Assembly: GCA_963726255.1 (NCBI GenBank)
Contig: CAVSBL010000002.1
Location: 1,216,001 to 1,280,000 of the forward strand
Direction of reading: 5' to 3'
DNA: 64,000 nucleotides
Source of the DNA: Candidatus Bathyarchaeota archaeon
GTDB taxonomy: Archaea > Thermoproteota > Bathyarchaeia > 40CM-2-53-6
Below are positions 10,044-20,772 of the stretch, piece by piece (position 1 is the stretch's first letter; each line of letters begins with the position of its first letter). The notes under the pieces are model-generated. The model was given only the letters and a program-made list of their open reading frames with translations. It ran no database searches and was not told where the DNA came from. The position numbers were made by a program, and so were the translations under genes.

Positions 10044-11072
10044 GTGAAGGCAGCGGTAATTTCGGGCAAGGGGACCGTTCAACTCAAAGAGTCACCGACA
10101 CCTAAGATTGGCCCGGGCGAGCTTCTCGTTCACATGCGAGCCTGTGGCGTGTGCGGGACTGACCTCGAGAAAATACACGGTGAGCACATTACGCCGCCGA
10201 TCCTCGGGCATGAAGTTGCTGGAGATATTGCGCAGATAGGTGAGGGAGTGCGAGGATTCCAGAAGGACGACAGAGCCCTAGTTCACCATCATGTATCCTG
10301 CAGAAGCTGCTTCTACTGCAAGAATGGGCTTGAGACGCTCTGCGAAGCTTACCCCAAGAGTAACCTCGACCCCTGCGGTTTCGCAGATTACTTTCGCGTA
10401 CCGTCCACACTCGTCGAAGGCGGCACTGTGTATCGACTACCAGACTCGATGAGCTACGACGAAGGTTCACAGGTAGAACCAACCGCTTGCTGCATAAGGG
10501 CCCTCAGGAAAGCAGGAGTGAAAGCCGGAAACAGCGTAGCCATCTTCGGTGTCGGCCCCGTTGGCCTAATGCATCTGCAGCTAGCTAAGGCATACGGGGC
10601 TGCGCCGATTATCGCAATTGATGTCCTTGAGAACCGCAGAGACTTTGCGGTTAAACTTGGGGCAGACGAGGCTCTCAACCCCACAAGCGACGATATCGCA
10701 ACGGTGGTTTCGTCGATGACCAACGGCCTGGGCGTAGACTATGCCATCGTCGCAACCGGGAATTTGAGAGCTATCGAACAAGCATTCAGCTCTGTACGCA
10801 AAGGCGGAAAAGTTGTTTTGTTCGGCGCTCCACCACGAGGCGCACAGCTTTCTCTAGACGTAAGCCGCCTTTTCCTGCGTGAAATCAAATTCGAATCAAG
10901 TTACTCAACCTCTGAGACCGAAATGAGGATGGCGCTCGACCTGATCGAGAAAAAGCGGATCAACCCATCGAAACTTATCACGCACCGATTCCCACTCGCA
11001 AGAGCACTAGAGGCTTTCACACTTGCTGAGAAGGGCGAGGGAACCGTCAAGGTTGTAGTAGAAAACGACTAA
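10044..11072 (+). CDS. Zinc-dependent MDR (polyol-type) dehydrogenase
   Basis: CGTD, GHE, CxxCxxC...C, GVGPVG. Confidence 0.92.
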   Translation: MKAAVISGKGTVQLKESPTPKIGPGELLVHMRACGVCGTDLEKIHGEHITPPILGHEVAGDIAQIGEGVRGFQKDDRALVHHHVSCRSCFYCKNGLETLCEAYPKSNLDPCGFADYFRVPSTLVEGGTVYRLPDSMSYDEGSQVEPTACCIRALRKAGVKAGNSVAIFGVGPVGLMHLQLAKAYGAAPIIAIDVLENRRDFAVKLGADEALNPTSDDIATVVSSMTNGLGVDYAIVATGNLRAIEQAFSSVRKGGKVVLFGAPPRGAQLSLDVSRLFLREIKFESSYSTSETEMRMALDLIEKKRINPSKLITHRFPLARALEAFTLAEKGEGTVKVVVEND

Positions 11073-11127
11073 GTGACGAACCAGCTCAGAAACCAATTTA
11101 ATAACACTACGTAAACTGTGTTCTCTC

Positions 11128-12183
11128 ATGCCAAACTCCATGCTCGCAATCCGCTTCTACAAACCCGGGGAATTGAAAGCAGAGCAGGTCCCCATCCCGA
11201 AGGCAGAGCCCGGCGAACTAATTGTCAAAAGCCATGTGACCCTGACTTGTGGGACGGACGTGAAGATGTTCAAACGCGGGCATCCGTTGGCCAAGCCCCC
11301 TCAAATCATGGGTCATGAATTTGCTGGGACTGTATCGGAAGTTGGACCCGATGTTGGAAACTTTAGGGTGGGAATGAAGGTTGTTGCGGCGAATTCCGCA
11401 CCTTGCAACAAATGCTTCTACTGCTTGATGCATCAGCCCAACCTCTGTGAGCATTTGGATGAGATGATTGTAGGTTTCACTTGGCCAGGTTCGTATGCGG
11501 AATATGTCAGGATTCCTGAAAGAATTGTCCGACAGAACACCTTCCAAGTTCCCGATGGAGTCCCATTGGAAAATGTCGCCAGCCTTGAGCCATTGGCGTG
11601 CGTCGTTCATGGATGGGACTTGGCTGGACAGGTGCTGGGCGGTACAGCAATCGTCATTGGCGGCGGGCCGATCGGATTACTTCATGCGCAGCTCGCACGT
11701 CTTAACGGTGCGCGCCAGGTAGCATTGTGTGACGTGGTTCCGGAGAGGCTTCGGGAAGCCGAGAAAATCGGAGTTGACTTGACGATAGATTCTACGAACG
11801 AGAACGTAGTCGAGCGCGTGTCGACTCTAACGGATGGTAGAGGTGCAGACATTGTAGTCGAGGCCGTGGGACGGCGTGAGACTTGGGAATCGACCGTCGG
11901 CCTCGTCAGGAAAGGTGGAAGGGTTCTTCTTTTCGGCGGCTGCCCGTCGGGGACCACGGTGTCCTTCAGCGCAGAGAAAATCCATTACGGTGAACTACAC
12001 GTCCAAGGAGCGTTCCACCACACTCCTGCGGCCGTTGAACGCGGCTTCCGCTTGATAGTTTCTGGGCAGGTTTCGATTAAGCCGCTGATTTCTCATGAAA
12101 TGCCACTGGAAAAAGCGGAGGAAGCTTTACGCCTAATGGGGGACGGCAAGGCGTTGAAGATTGCCCTACGCCCGCCAGCTTGA
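11128..12183 (+). CDS. Zinc-dependent MDR dehydrogenase
   Basis: CGTD, GHEFAG, CNKCFYC...C, GGGPIG. Confidence 0.92.
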   Translation: MPNSMLAIRFYKPGELKAEQVPIPKAEPGELIVKSHVTLTCGTDVKMFKRGHPLAKPPQIMGHEFAGTVSEVGPDVGNFRVGMKVVAANSAPCNKCFYCLMHQPNLCEHLDEMIVGFTWPGSYAEYVRIPERIVRQNTFQVPDGVPLENVASLEPLACVVHGWDLAGQVLGGTAIVIGGGPIGLLHAQLARLNGARQVALCDVVPERLREAEKIGVDLTIDSTNENVVERVSTLTDGRGADIVVEAVGRRETWESTVGLVRKGGRVLLFGGCPSGTTVSFSAEKIHYGELHVQGAFHHTPAAVERGFRLIVSGQVSIKPLISHEMPLEKAEEALRLMGDGKALKIALRPPA

Positions 12184-12188
12184 GGATC

Positions 12189-13379
12189 CTAGAGGAGAGA
12201 CTCCGGATCTTCGAGGTAGCGTTTCAAATCCTGCAGAAAACTCGCAGCAGGAACGCCGTCCACGATGCGGTGATCGAATACTAAGGTCAGCATAGTGGAC
12301 GGCCTTGCTGACACACGCCCGCCCAACGCAAATGGCTTGTAAACGATTCGCCCCAGCCCTAGAATTGCGCATTGTGGTGGGTTAATGACTGGTGCAAAGG
12401 ATTCTATGTCATAAGCGCCCAGGTTCGTCACTGTGAAAGTTCCGCCAGTCAACTCTTCTATGGTTAACCGTTTCTCGTTAGCCCTTTGAGATAACGTATC
12501 GATTGCCGAATTGACCTCCTTCAGGGATTTCTTATCCGCGTTCTGAATGACTGGGGCAACCAGCCCTTCTTCAGTGTTGATAGCTACTGCGACGTTTACG
12601 TCCGAGTAAATTGTAATTTCATCTTTCTCAATCGTTGAGTTGATCGCAGCGTGTTCCTTCAGTGCTTTTGCCGCCGCTTTCACCGCGAAAGTTGTGAAGG
12701 AGATGTGGCTTTCCTTCTCTTTCATTGCGACAAGCCTTGTTGCATCTGCCTCCATCGTAATTGTCACGGGCACAGCTGTTCTCGCGCTGAAGGACAGCCT
12801 TTCAGCCACAGCTTTCCTGATCCCCTCAAGCCTGACTCTTCTCAGAACAGCTGGCTGAAGCACCTTAGAGACTGCCAGTGAAGCCGTCGGGGCCTGCCCG
12901 ACTGCCGCGAGGACATCTTCCCGCGAGATGCGGCCGCCGGGCCCTGTGCCGCTCAAACGTGTTAGGTCTACGTGATGCTCTTGTGCCAGTCTCCTGGCTG
13001 CTGGGGAAGCTACTATGCGGTCAACTGCGGTTTGAGCGCTGGCTGGGTGTGGAGGGGTTGTGTAGCTCTGCGGGGAAGGCATGCTACTCTGAACGGCCTT
13101 CTGCTGAAGTGCCCTTGCCTGTACCGATGGCTGAGAAACTGAGCTAGATTCGCCAATGATTGCAACTGGCGCGGCGACTTGAACGTCGCTTCCAACTTCA
13201 ACCAGAAACTTGCTTAGCACACCGCTCTCCGGAGCTTCTATTTCGAAAGTGGTCTTCTCACCTTCCACCACGAGGATTGGCTCGCCTTTCCGCACTGAAT
13301 CCCCTTCTTTCTTGAGCCATTCGACGATTTTTCCGCTTTGCATCCCCGGGTCCAACCGTGGCATAACAACCTCAGTCAT
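12189..13379 (-). CDS. Dihydrolipoamide acyltransferase E2 (2-oxoacid/acetoin dehydrogenase complex)
   Basis: Lipoyl domain (VEGEK), E3-binding domain ASPAARRLA..GTGPGGRI, catalytic DHRIVDG. Confidence 0.93.
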   Translation of the reverse strand: MTEVVMPRLDPGMQSGKIVEWLKKEGDSVRKGEPILVVEGEKTTFEIEAPESGVLSKFLVEVGSDVQVAAPVAIIGESSSVSQPSVQARALQQKAVQSSMPSPQSYTTPPHPASAQTAVDRIVASPAARRLAQEHHVDLTRLSGTGPGGRISREDVLAAVGQAPTASLAVSKVLQPAVLRRVRLEGIRKAVAERLSFSARTAVPVTITMEADATRLVAMKEKESHISFTTFAVKAAAKALKEHAAINSTIEKDEITIYSDVNVAVAINTEEGLVAPVIQNADKKSLKEVNSAIDTLSQRANEKRLTIEELTGGTFTVTNLGAYDIESFAPVINPPQCAILGLGRIVYKPFALGGRVSARPSTMLTLVFDHRIVDGVPAASFLQDLKRYLEDPESLL

Positions 13380-13385
13380 TCTCGC

Positions 13386-14369
13386 TCATCGCCCCATGAT
13401 CCCGTCTACAGCTTGCACAATTTTGTCCGCGTTTGGCATGTACATTTGTTCTAGGCTAGGAGAGAAAGGAACGGGAATCTCAGGGCACCCAACACGCATT
13501 ATAGGCGCGTCCAAGTAATCGAATGAAGACTCCATAACCGCTGCCGAAATCTCAGAACCAACGCCCCCCGACTTCACATCGTCAGATGCGATAACCAATC
13601 TCGACGTACGCTTGACGGATTCAACAATCGTGTTGAGGTCAAGTGGTTGCAGAGTCCTCACGTCGATGACTTCTGCTGAAACACCTTTCTCTTCCAGCTT
13701 TTTTGCTGCCGAAAGCGCTTCGCCGACAAGCCTTGAAACACCGATGATTGTTACGTCGTCTCCCTTTTTCTTGACTTCCGCCTGTCCAAGGGGTACCGTA
13801 TACTCCTCTTCAGGAACTGGGCCTTTGGTTCGGTAAAGAACACCACATTCGATGAATAACACGGGATTCTCGTCGCGGATCGCCGACTTCAGAAGTCCCT
13901 TCGCATCGTACGGCGTTCCTGGGAGTACAACCTTCAAGCCTGGAACTTGGAAAAAGAATGAGGGGAAGAATTGTGAGTGCTGCGAACCATGTTGTCGGCC
14001 GAGACTGTACTGTGTTCTTAGAACCATCGGGACCTTCAACTGGCCCCCACTCATGAAGCGTATTTTCGCAGCCTGCGTGGCTAGCTGATCAAGGCAGATG
14101 GGAAGAAAATCCATGTACATTATTTCCGCAACGGGCTTCAGCCCTGTTAAGGCCAAGCCGACCGCTGCACCGGCGATGGCTATTTCCGAGATAGGCGTGT
14201 CCCTTACCCGCTCTGGTCCGAATTCATCGAGTAAACCCCGAGTGACCTTGTATGCTCCTCCGAAAACCCCGATCTCTTCGCCCAGAAGCATTACGTTAGG
14301 ATCCCGCTGCATCTCTTCGCGCATTGCTTCCCGCAAGGCGTCCGCGTAAGTAATCTCACGCAACATCAT
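13386..14369 (-). CDS. 2-oxoacid/acetoin dehydrogenase E1 beta
   Basis: DTPISE, QHSQ, DAKGLLKSAIRD. Confidence 0.93.
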   Translation of the reverse strand: MMLREITYADALREAMREEMQRDPNVMLLGEEIGVFGGAYKVTRGLLDEFGPERVRDTPISEIAIAGAAVGLALTGLKPVAEIMYMDFLPICLDQLATQAAKIRFMSGGQLKVPMVLRTQYSLGRQHGSQHSQFFPSFFFQVPGLKVVLPGTPYDAKGLLKSAIRDENPVLFIECGVLYRTKGPVPEEEYTVPLGQAEVKKKGDDVTIIGVSRLVGEALSAAKKLEEKGVSAEVIDVRTLQPLDLNTIVESVKRTSRLVIASDDVKSGGVGSEISAAVMESSFDYLDAPIMRVGCPEIPVPFSPSLEQMYMPNADKIVQAVDGIMGR

Positions 14370-15391
14370 TGCCCTCCCGCGTAGACGTAATTTTCTAAGC
14401 CATCGAAAGGCAAAGGAGAACCCTGCTGAGCGAAGGCAACAGCATCTTCCACTTCCTGACGCGCCGCTGTGTCGGCTTTCTCGATTTCTGCCTGAGTTGC
14501 AAACTTGCGTTCGACAAGGCGTTTCTCAAAGGTAAGTATAGGGTCACGTTCGAGCCATTTTGCAACCTCGTCCTTCGGCCGGTATTCACCCTTGTCGTAT
14601 ACCCCGTGGCCTTTCATCTTGTATGTAACGCATTCTAGAAAGGTTGGCTGCGGTTCGCGCCTCGCCCTTTCCGCCGCCGCCTTTGTTGCAACAAACACAG
14701 AGACGACATCATTCCCGTTTACGACAACGGTTTCCATCCCGTAAGATTTTCCTCTTTCAGCTATTGAGGGACTCGAAACTGCGCGGTTGACTGGCGTTGA
14801 CATGGCGTACTGATTGTTCTCGCAGAAGAGCAACACAGGCAGTTTCCATAACGCAATCAGATTGAGGGCCTCGTGAAAGGCGCCTGTGTTAACCGCACCG
14901 TCTCCGAAGAAACAAGCTGCTACGTGCCCGCTCTTCTTCTGCTTTAACCCCAGCCCAACCCCTGCGGCTATAGGTAGGCCACTGCCCACGATTGCTGTTG
15001 CATACAGCGAGCCCGTCTTCGGGTAGATGGCGACGTGCATAGAGCCCCCGAGCCCCTTGCAGGTGCCTGTAGATTTGCCGAACAGCTCGGCCATGCAGAG
15101 GTTAGTCGGAACATTCTTTGCCAATGCGTGGCCATGGCCGCGGTATGTTGTAACGGTGAGGTCTTCGGGTTCCAGCGCTGCCATCGCGCCTACAGCTATT
15201 GCTTCCTCACCCAAGTATAGGTGGGACGGGCCGATCAACGCCCCTCTAACGAGGAAAAGTTCTTCGATTTTCTCTTCGAAACGGCGCAGGAGGAGCATCT
15301 TCTGAAGCATCTGGAGTAGCTTGTCTTTTGTTAGCCCATGCTTGGCAAACTCGCCTTCTGGGACATCTTGGATTGTTGTTAAGGTCGTCAA
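14366..15391 (-). CDS. TPP-dependent dehydrogenase E1 alpha
   Basis: YRGHGH, GGSMH, TPP motif GDGA...NN; TTG start estimated at 15391. Confidence 0.92.
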   Translation of the reverse strand: MTTLTTIQDVPEGEFAKHGLTKDKLLQMLQKMLLLRRFEEKIEELFLVRGALIGPSHLYLGEEAIAVGAMAALEPEDLTVTTYRGHGHALAKNVPTNLCMAELFGKSTGTCKGLGGSMHVAIYPKTGSLYATAIVGSGLPIAAGVGLGLKQKKSGHVAACFFGDGAVNTGAFHEALNLIALWKLPVLLFCENNQYAMSTPVNRAVSSPSIAERGKSYGMETVVVNGNDVVSVFVATKAAAERARREPQPTFLECVTYKMKGHGVYDKGEYRPKDEVAKWLERDPILTFEKRLVERKFATQAEIEKADTAARQEVEDAVAFAQQGSPLPFDGLENYVYAGGQ

Positions 15392-15513
15392 TGCGAAATC
15401 AGCCGCTGTGCTACGCGCACACTCAGCCTTTAGTTCTTCGCAACTGGCTAGATCTGGGTGAAGGATTTTACTGCAAGGCCTACCCAAACGATTGGCAAAG
15501 GGGGCTAGGAAAG

Positions 15514-16293
15514 ATGGGCGAAGCAAAGACTCTCTACGCAATTGCTGAGAGCTGCCCACTCGACGCCTTACTCGTTAGAGATATGAAACGCGCCGTAAAC
15601 GCCCTCTTGCAACTAAACCTGAAAAGGTTCAGAGTCCCCCAGAAGCAGCTTGCAAAATACTCGGCCTTGGACATCGTCAAGCAAGCCTTGGAGCTTCTCT
15701 TCGAATTCTCACCTTCCGAGAAAAACTACCGCGAAGCAATGCGAACAATTCAAGTCTATTCGGAGGGCGATGAGGAGATGATGCGTACAATTCTGGAGAG
15801 TTTTCGTTTAATCGCGAACGCCGTGTATAACACATATAGCGGCCAACGGCACGCTGAATCTCTTGCCCCAGAGGTTCTCTTCCTTCAGGGCATTCCATTA
15901 GAACCCAACGAACTTCAACAATCCTTCAGGTTCGTCGGCGTTCGGCCACCCGACATCAGCCCGCCGAGCGTCAAGCGCACAGTATTTCTTGACGAAGGCT
16001 TCGAACCTTACAAATTACTACTGGACGGAAAGATAACTTCTGAGAAGGACCAAAAGGGCCGGGAAGAACATTGGGCTAGAATCATCAGGGCAGCATTGAC
16101 CAACGGTGGAACCGCCTTAATCCGCGTCGGCTCCGAACACGTGAACTTGCCGAAATCTGCGATAATGAAAACCCTAACAGGAATTCGACGGTCAGCTACA
16201 GGAAATTTGCCAAAGATTCTTCAACGAGAAGGGATAGCGATCGAAATCATCCACTGCATTCCAGACGTCAATGAGGTTTATGGAAAGAACTAG
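15514..16293 (+). CDS. Hypothetical protein
   Basis: Long ORF divergent from E1 alpha; no motif recognised; start estimated. Confidence 0.6.
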   Translation: MGEAKTLYAIAESCPLDALLVRDMKRAVNALLQLNLKRFRVPQKQLAKYSALDIVKQALELLFEFSPSEKNYREAMRTIQVYSEGDEEMMRTILESFRLIANAVYNTYSGQRHAESLAPEVLFLQGIPLEPNELQQSFRFVGVRPPDISPPSVKRTVFLDEGFEPYKLLLDGKITSEKDQKGREEHWARIIRAALTNGGTALIRVGSEHVNLPKSAIMKTLTGIRRSATGNLPKILQREGIAIEIIHCIPDVNEVYGKN

Positions 16294-16317
16294 CCAAGGC
16301 GAGGGCAGGGGTTCGCT

Positions 16318-17016
16318 CTATCTTCTCTTCTTCGCGGTGAGTAAGTATTGGTAGACGAACCCAGCGAGTAGGGCTCCGATAATGGGCCCAACCCAGTACA
16401 CCCAAAGGCTTCCGAACGTTCCAGATGCAATCGCTGGGCCGAGCGCACGTGCAGGGTTCGCCGCACCCCCCGTCAAAGGCCCTGCTATGAGAATGTCAGC
16501 AGTTAGCGTCATGCCTATCAACAATCCTGACGCTCCCGCAGGAACCTTATCGGTGTATAATACCGCATAGACTGAGAACATCAGGAAGAAAGTTATGATC
16601 AGCTCGACGACTACCGCCACAGCATCGCTTTGTCCTATTGCAGGACTCGGCGCAGTTAAACCGAATTTGGTTAGGGCACCGTTTCCGGGCAATATTATTT
16701 CATGAGCCAGCCCGGCAATGGTTGCACCTAAGACTTGCGCGACAAGATATCCGATTCCGTCGTCAAAATCTAATTTTCTAAGTGCGACAGCCGTAATCGT
16801 AATGGCTGGGTTAATGTGGCAACCTGAAATGGAGCCAATCGCGTAGACCATCGCCATGAGTATGAGGCCATGTGCAAGGGCGATTCCGATGAAGGAAGCA
16901 GCAGGTGATGAGACACCTAGGACTGGAAGGAAGATGGTTACCGAAACGGAACCGAAGAACACCAACGCAAATGTTCCGATGAATTCGGCTATGTACGCTT
17001 GCCTGCCCATCATCAT
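16318..17016 (-). CDS. MIP-family aquaporin
   Basis: ISGCHINPA and ANPAR NPA boxes. Confidence 0.95.
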   Translation of the reverse strand: MMMGRQAYIAEFIGTFALVFFGSVSVTIFLPVLGVSSPAASFIGIALAHGLILMAMVYAIGSISGCHINPAITITAVALRKLDFDDGIGYLVAQVLGATIAGLAHEIILPGNGALTKFGLTAPSPAIGQSDAVAVVVELIITFFLMFSVYAVLYTDKVPAGASGLLIGMTLTADILIAGPLTGGAANPARALGPAIASGTFGSLWVYWVGPIIGALLAGFVYQYLLTAKKRR

Positions 17017-17158
17017 TGTTGATACCTGTGTCTTTGGCTAGGTTTACGCATCGCTATAAAACACTTAAGCTTCAAACCACTAATTTCGAAAACAGCGCGC
17101 CTATGATGTTCCGGCTTACTGCAATCAGGCCATTTACAATCGGTGATTTGCTCTTTGT

Positions 17159-17623
17159 CTAGAGCTGCTCGCCGATCTTGTACGTGTAGATTGTGTGCCC
17201 GAGCAACTCATCGTAAACTCCGACCGGCTTCCATCCGGGTACTTTGAAGTCGTGCGACACCACGCGTGTACCAGGCTTCAACTCTGCCTCTAATTTGGGC
17301 CTAAGCCGCTCGTTCGCACTTGAAGTGAGGTAGAGAGTGATTATGTTTGCGTCTGATATGTTGATGTCAAAGAAGTTCCCTTGAATCACTTTCACTTTGT
17401 CTTCGAGGTTAAACCTCTTGATTTCGGTTCTGGCCCGCTCCACGAGGTCTTCCCTCAGCTCAATGCCGGTGGAGCTGGCACCCATATCTTTCGCGGCCAG
17501 AATGATCAGCCGACCGTCACCACAGCCAAGGTCGTAAAGAATTTCGCCCGGTTTGACTTGCGATAAGTCCAACATCTTCTTTGCAACCTCGAGTGGGGTT
17601 TGAACAAAAGGTGCAATACTCAT
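17159..17623 (-). CDS. Class I SAM-dependent methyltransferase
   Basis: APFVQTP, YDLGCGDGR, LKPGTRVVSHDF. Confidence 0.9.
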   Translation of the reverse strand: MSIAPFVQTPLEVAKKMLDLSQVKPGEILYDLGCGDGRLIILAAKDMGASSTGIELREDLVERARTEIKRFNLEDKVKVIQGNFFDINISDANIITLYLTSSANERLRPKLEAELKPGTRVVSHDFKVPGWKPVGVYDELLGHTIYTYKIGEQL

Positions 17624-17661
17624 GAATTCAGCCTGCCCGAACTTCGCCTTGACTGCGTGAT

Positions 17662-17991
17662 TTATGCGTATCGTCTCTCGCTATCGGGGCGTTCAACCTT
17701 AGGCGTTTTCGACCCCAGGGGCAAGCTCTTTTCTTTCTTGCCCGTCCACTTCACATCTTCTTCCAAGAAGCGTAGGCAGACCTCTCTGAACTGTTTGAAG
17801 ATGTCCTTCAATTCTTCCTCGGTGAACGTGTCAATGAAAGAGGGGTTTCTAAGCCAGCTGTCCCACCCGCGAACACTCTCAAAAAGCGCTGAATTCATCC
17901 GTATGAGGGAAGCGTACAGCCCTAAGCGGTCGGCAGGCTCGAGCTTCTTAATGTCTTCGACAGCCTTTGATCGTTCTTCAGTCCACGACAA
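17662..17991 (-). CDS. DUF2153-like conserved archaeal protein
   Basis: DRL....W..WL.NP......EEL.......FLE.D.K.T pattern recalled from the family. Confidence 0.65.
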   Translation of the reverse strand: MSWTEERSKAVEDIKKLEPADRLGLYASLIRMNSALFESVRGWDSWLRNPSFIDTFTEEELKDIFKQFREVCLRFLEEDVKWTGKKEKSLPLGSKTPKVERPDSERRYA

Positions 17992-18206
17992 CCCTTCGAG
18001 GCACCTTCCATTCCCGTGCTCTGCCCTAACCGTAATTTAGCCTTATTCCCGAAATAAAGTCGGAACAATGCAAAGAAGTGTCAGCCATTTAACCAAACGG
18101 TTCGGTGAGAACGGCCGAAGCCCTTGGCTTTCGTGGTGTGGGGAAACCTAATTCAACAGCGAAGCTTTTCATCCTCAATATAGCACTGCAAGATGGTGGT
18201 TGTAGT

Positions 18207-18992
18207 ATGACTCATACTGAGCCCAAAGTCATTAAACTCGCCGAAACGCGGCTCGACAAAAAGGGTGTTGAACAGTTAGCGGAACATTACGCGGCCACGG
18301 AATGGTTTGATAATGCCAAGAAGCTTCAATCAAATGAATCCGAATTCCTTATCGAACTTGCCGGGCACGCTTGCTACAAAAGTTTCGGCGTCGGTCTCAA
18401 CCCCAACGTAACCAAGATTCGAGATAATCCCAAAGATTACCTTGCGAACGTGTTGGAGAAGGGTGACGGAAGCATTCTCGAGCACGCGACCGTTACCTTC
18501 GCCTTCCTTGACGTTAGCAGAATCTTCACTCACGAGTTAGTCAGACACCGCGCCGGAACCGCGATGAGTCAAGAGAGCCTCCGGTACGTGCGCCCCCAAG
18601 AGGTTAACGTCTGGGTTCCACCCGACATGGAACCAGTGTCAAAGAAGTTTGTCGAAACGGTCGAGGCCATTCAAGAGCGTTACCGCGATCTGGAATCGAG
18701 TTTTGATTGGGATAAGATGACCTTCGAACAGAAAAAACGAGTGACGTCGGCCTTGCGGCGAATCTTGCCGGACGGGATCGCGACGAACATAATCTGGACA
18801 GCTAACCACCGGACCATTCGATGGGTGATAGAAATGCGCACGGATCCCAGCGCTGAAGTAGAGATCCGAAAGGTCTTCGGTCAGGTTGCGGAGATTTGCA
18901 TGCGAGATTACCCGCTTCTTTACCAGGACTTCTCGAAGACGAAACTCACAGACGGCACATTCCAGTATACACCGAAGTTCTCAAAGGTGTAG
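18207..18992 (+). CDS. thyX: FAD-dependent thymidylate synthase
   Basis: SILEH, ELVRHR.......SQESLRYV ThyX motif. Confidence 0.93.
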   Translation: MTHTEPKVIKLAETRLDKKGVEQLAEHYAATEWFDNAKKLQSNESEFLIELAGHACYKSFGVGLNPNVTKIRDNPKDYLANVLEKGDGSILEHATVTFAFLDVSRIFTHELVRHRAGTAMSQESLRYVRPQEVNVWVPPDMEPVSKKFVETVEAIQERYRDLESSFDWDKMTFEQKKRVTSALRRILPDGIATNIIWTANHRTIRWVIEMRTDPSAEVEIRKVFGQVAEICMRDYPLLYQDFSKTKLTDGTFQYTPKFSKV

Positions 18993-19016
18993 CGCCTAAC
19001 AAGTAGGGAAAGGGCA

Positions 19017-19799
19017 ATGTCTGAACCGTTCTGGAGAACCTCAATCTCGAAGGTCGAACCAAACAAGATACTTGTCCGAGGGTACAACCTGATGGACCTT
19101 GTTGGAAACTACAATTACGCGGATTTGACGTACCTTCTTTGGCGCGGGGAACTTCCATCCCACAACCATTCCTGCATGATGGATGCTTTGCTAACTGTCT
19201 GCCTCGAACACAGTCTCAACGCGCCATCAGTCGACGCAGCTCGTTTCGTGGCCTCATGCGGCGTCCCGTTGCAGTCTGCCGTATCAGCTGGGGTTGCCGC
19301 CATAGGAGACTGGCATGGCGGTGCCATAGAGCAGGCTGCCAAAATGCTTCAGGAAGCAGTCGTCCGCATGAATAGCACACATCACTCCCCGAAGGAAACT
19401 GCTGAGGAGCTCCTACGGGAACTAACAAATCGCAGAGAAAGAATTCCTGGATTTGGACATCCAACCCATACCAGTGACCCAAGAACCAAACGGGTGCTGG
19501 AAATCGCTAAAGAGACTCAGCTACTGGGGCCGCACATGAAACTTGCCCAGGCTATGGCGTCCTCGACAGAGAAAGTCTTGCGCAAACACCTCATCCTGAA
19601 TGTGGATGGCTGCATCGCGGCTATCATTTCGGATATGGGATTTGATTGGCGGTTGGGAAAAGGCTTCTTCATCGTAAGCCGTACACCAGGTTTGATTGCA
19701 CACGCCTATGAACAGATGTATAGCGAAAAACCGTACAAGTCTGCCCGATGGGATGAGATAGTCTACACGGGCCCACCTGAACGACAGGTGTCAAAATAG
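19017..19799 (+). CDS. Citryl-CoA lyase / citrate synthase-like protein
   Basis: W.TSIS, IGD.HGGA, IPGFGH..H..DPR, LNVDG. Confidence 0.85.
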   Translation: MSEPFWRTSISKVEPNKILVRGYNLMDLVGNYNYADLTYLLWRGELPSHNHSCMMDALLTVCLEHSLNAPSVDAARFVASCGVPLQSAVSAGVAAIGDWHGGAIEQAAKMLQEAVVRMNSTHHSPKETAEELLRELTNRRERIPGFGHPTHTSDPRTKRVLEIAKETQLLGPHMKLAQAMASSTEKVLRKHLILNVDGCIAAIISDMGFDWRLGKGFFIVSRTPGLIAHAYEQMYSEKPYKSARWDEIVYTGPPERQVSK

Positions 19800-19972
19800 T
19801 CGAAGTGAATTCAGCGGGACCGAAAGCCCTTGCTGGGCGCAGTAGCTGATTTTCTGATTACGCCTTTTCTAAACAGGCAGCAGCTAGTTTACGCAGTTCT
19901 CGACCGAGCTTCAGTTTTCGCGGAGATCGGTACGCTCACGTGACGCGGCCTTCTGAGTCCAACGGAAGGAAG

Positions 19973-20626
19973 TTAGCGTTCTTTATCCAGTATCTTGACT
20001 TCGCATTTCACGAGCGCTTGGAGGGCCTCGGCGTCTTGGCGGCTTCCGACTATTGCCCCGAAATGCATAGGAATGACGACTTTAGGATTAAGTGATTTCA
20101 CAGCTTCGGCTGCTTCTTGCGCAGTCATCACGTATGTACCTGAGACGGGAAGGAGAGCAACGTCAGCTCGTATGTTCTTCATCTCGGGAATATGGTCTGT
20201 GTCACCCGCGTGGTAGATGCGAACGCCTTTCACTGTTACAATAAATCCTAGTTTTCCGTCCTCTTTTGGGTGGAAGACCTTTCCTGGCTCGCGGAACTTG
20301 TTCACATTGTACGCGGGAACGGCTTCAATTGAAATATCGCCGAGCTTGATTTTCTCGCCGGGTTTCACGATCTTAATTTCTTTCGCTTTCAGCTTGGATA
20401 ATTCGTTCTTGGATTGGGCATGCGCGACAATTGTTGTATTAGGGCTGGTAATTTTCTTCAAATCATCAGCGCTGCAATGGTCAGAATGCTCATGGCTGAC
20501 GAGAATTATATCCGCCTCTGGCCCGCCTTCGATTTGGTATGGGTCAATGTATACGACTTGACCATTCTGAATCCTGAAGCCGTCGTGCCCTAACCACGTC
20601 AATTTGACATTTTGGTACTCATACAT
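19973..20626 (-). CDS. Metallo-beta-lactamase-fold hydrolase
   Basis: WLGH, SHEHSDH, YHAGDT, IPMH. Confidence 0.92.
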   Translation of the reverse strand: MYEYQNVKLTWLGHDGFRIQNGQVVYIDPYQIEGGPEADIILVSHEHSDHCSADDLKKITSPNTTIVAHAQSKNELSKLKAKEIKIVKPGEKIKLGDISIEAVPAYNVNKFREPGKVFHPKEDGKLGFIVTVKGVRIYHAGDTDHIPEMKNIRADVALLPVSGTYVMTAQEAAEAVKSLNPKVVIPMHFGAIVGSRQDAEALQALVKCEVKILDKER

Positions 20627-20772
20627 CTCTAAGACCGCCAGGGTACTACGCGTTAATTCGATTTAAAAAGGGCACAGTTCTGTGGGTGAGGCGTTAACAA
20701 CAAGGATCCCTCCAATGTTTTTGTGTTTCTAGTTCCATGGAGTACACCTTTGGCTGAGGGCTGGTTGGCCAT

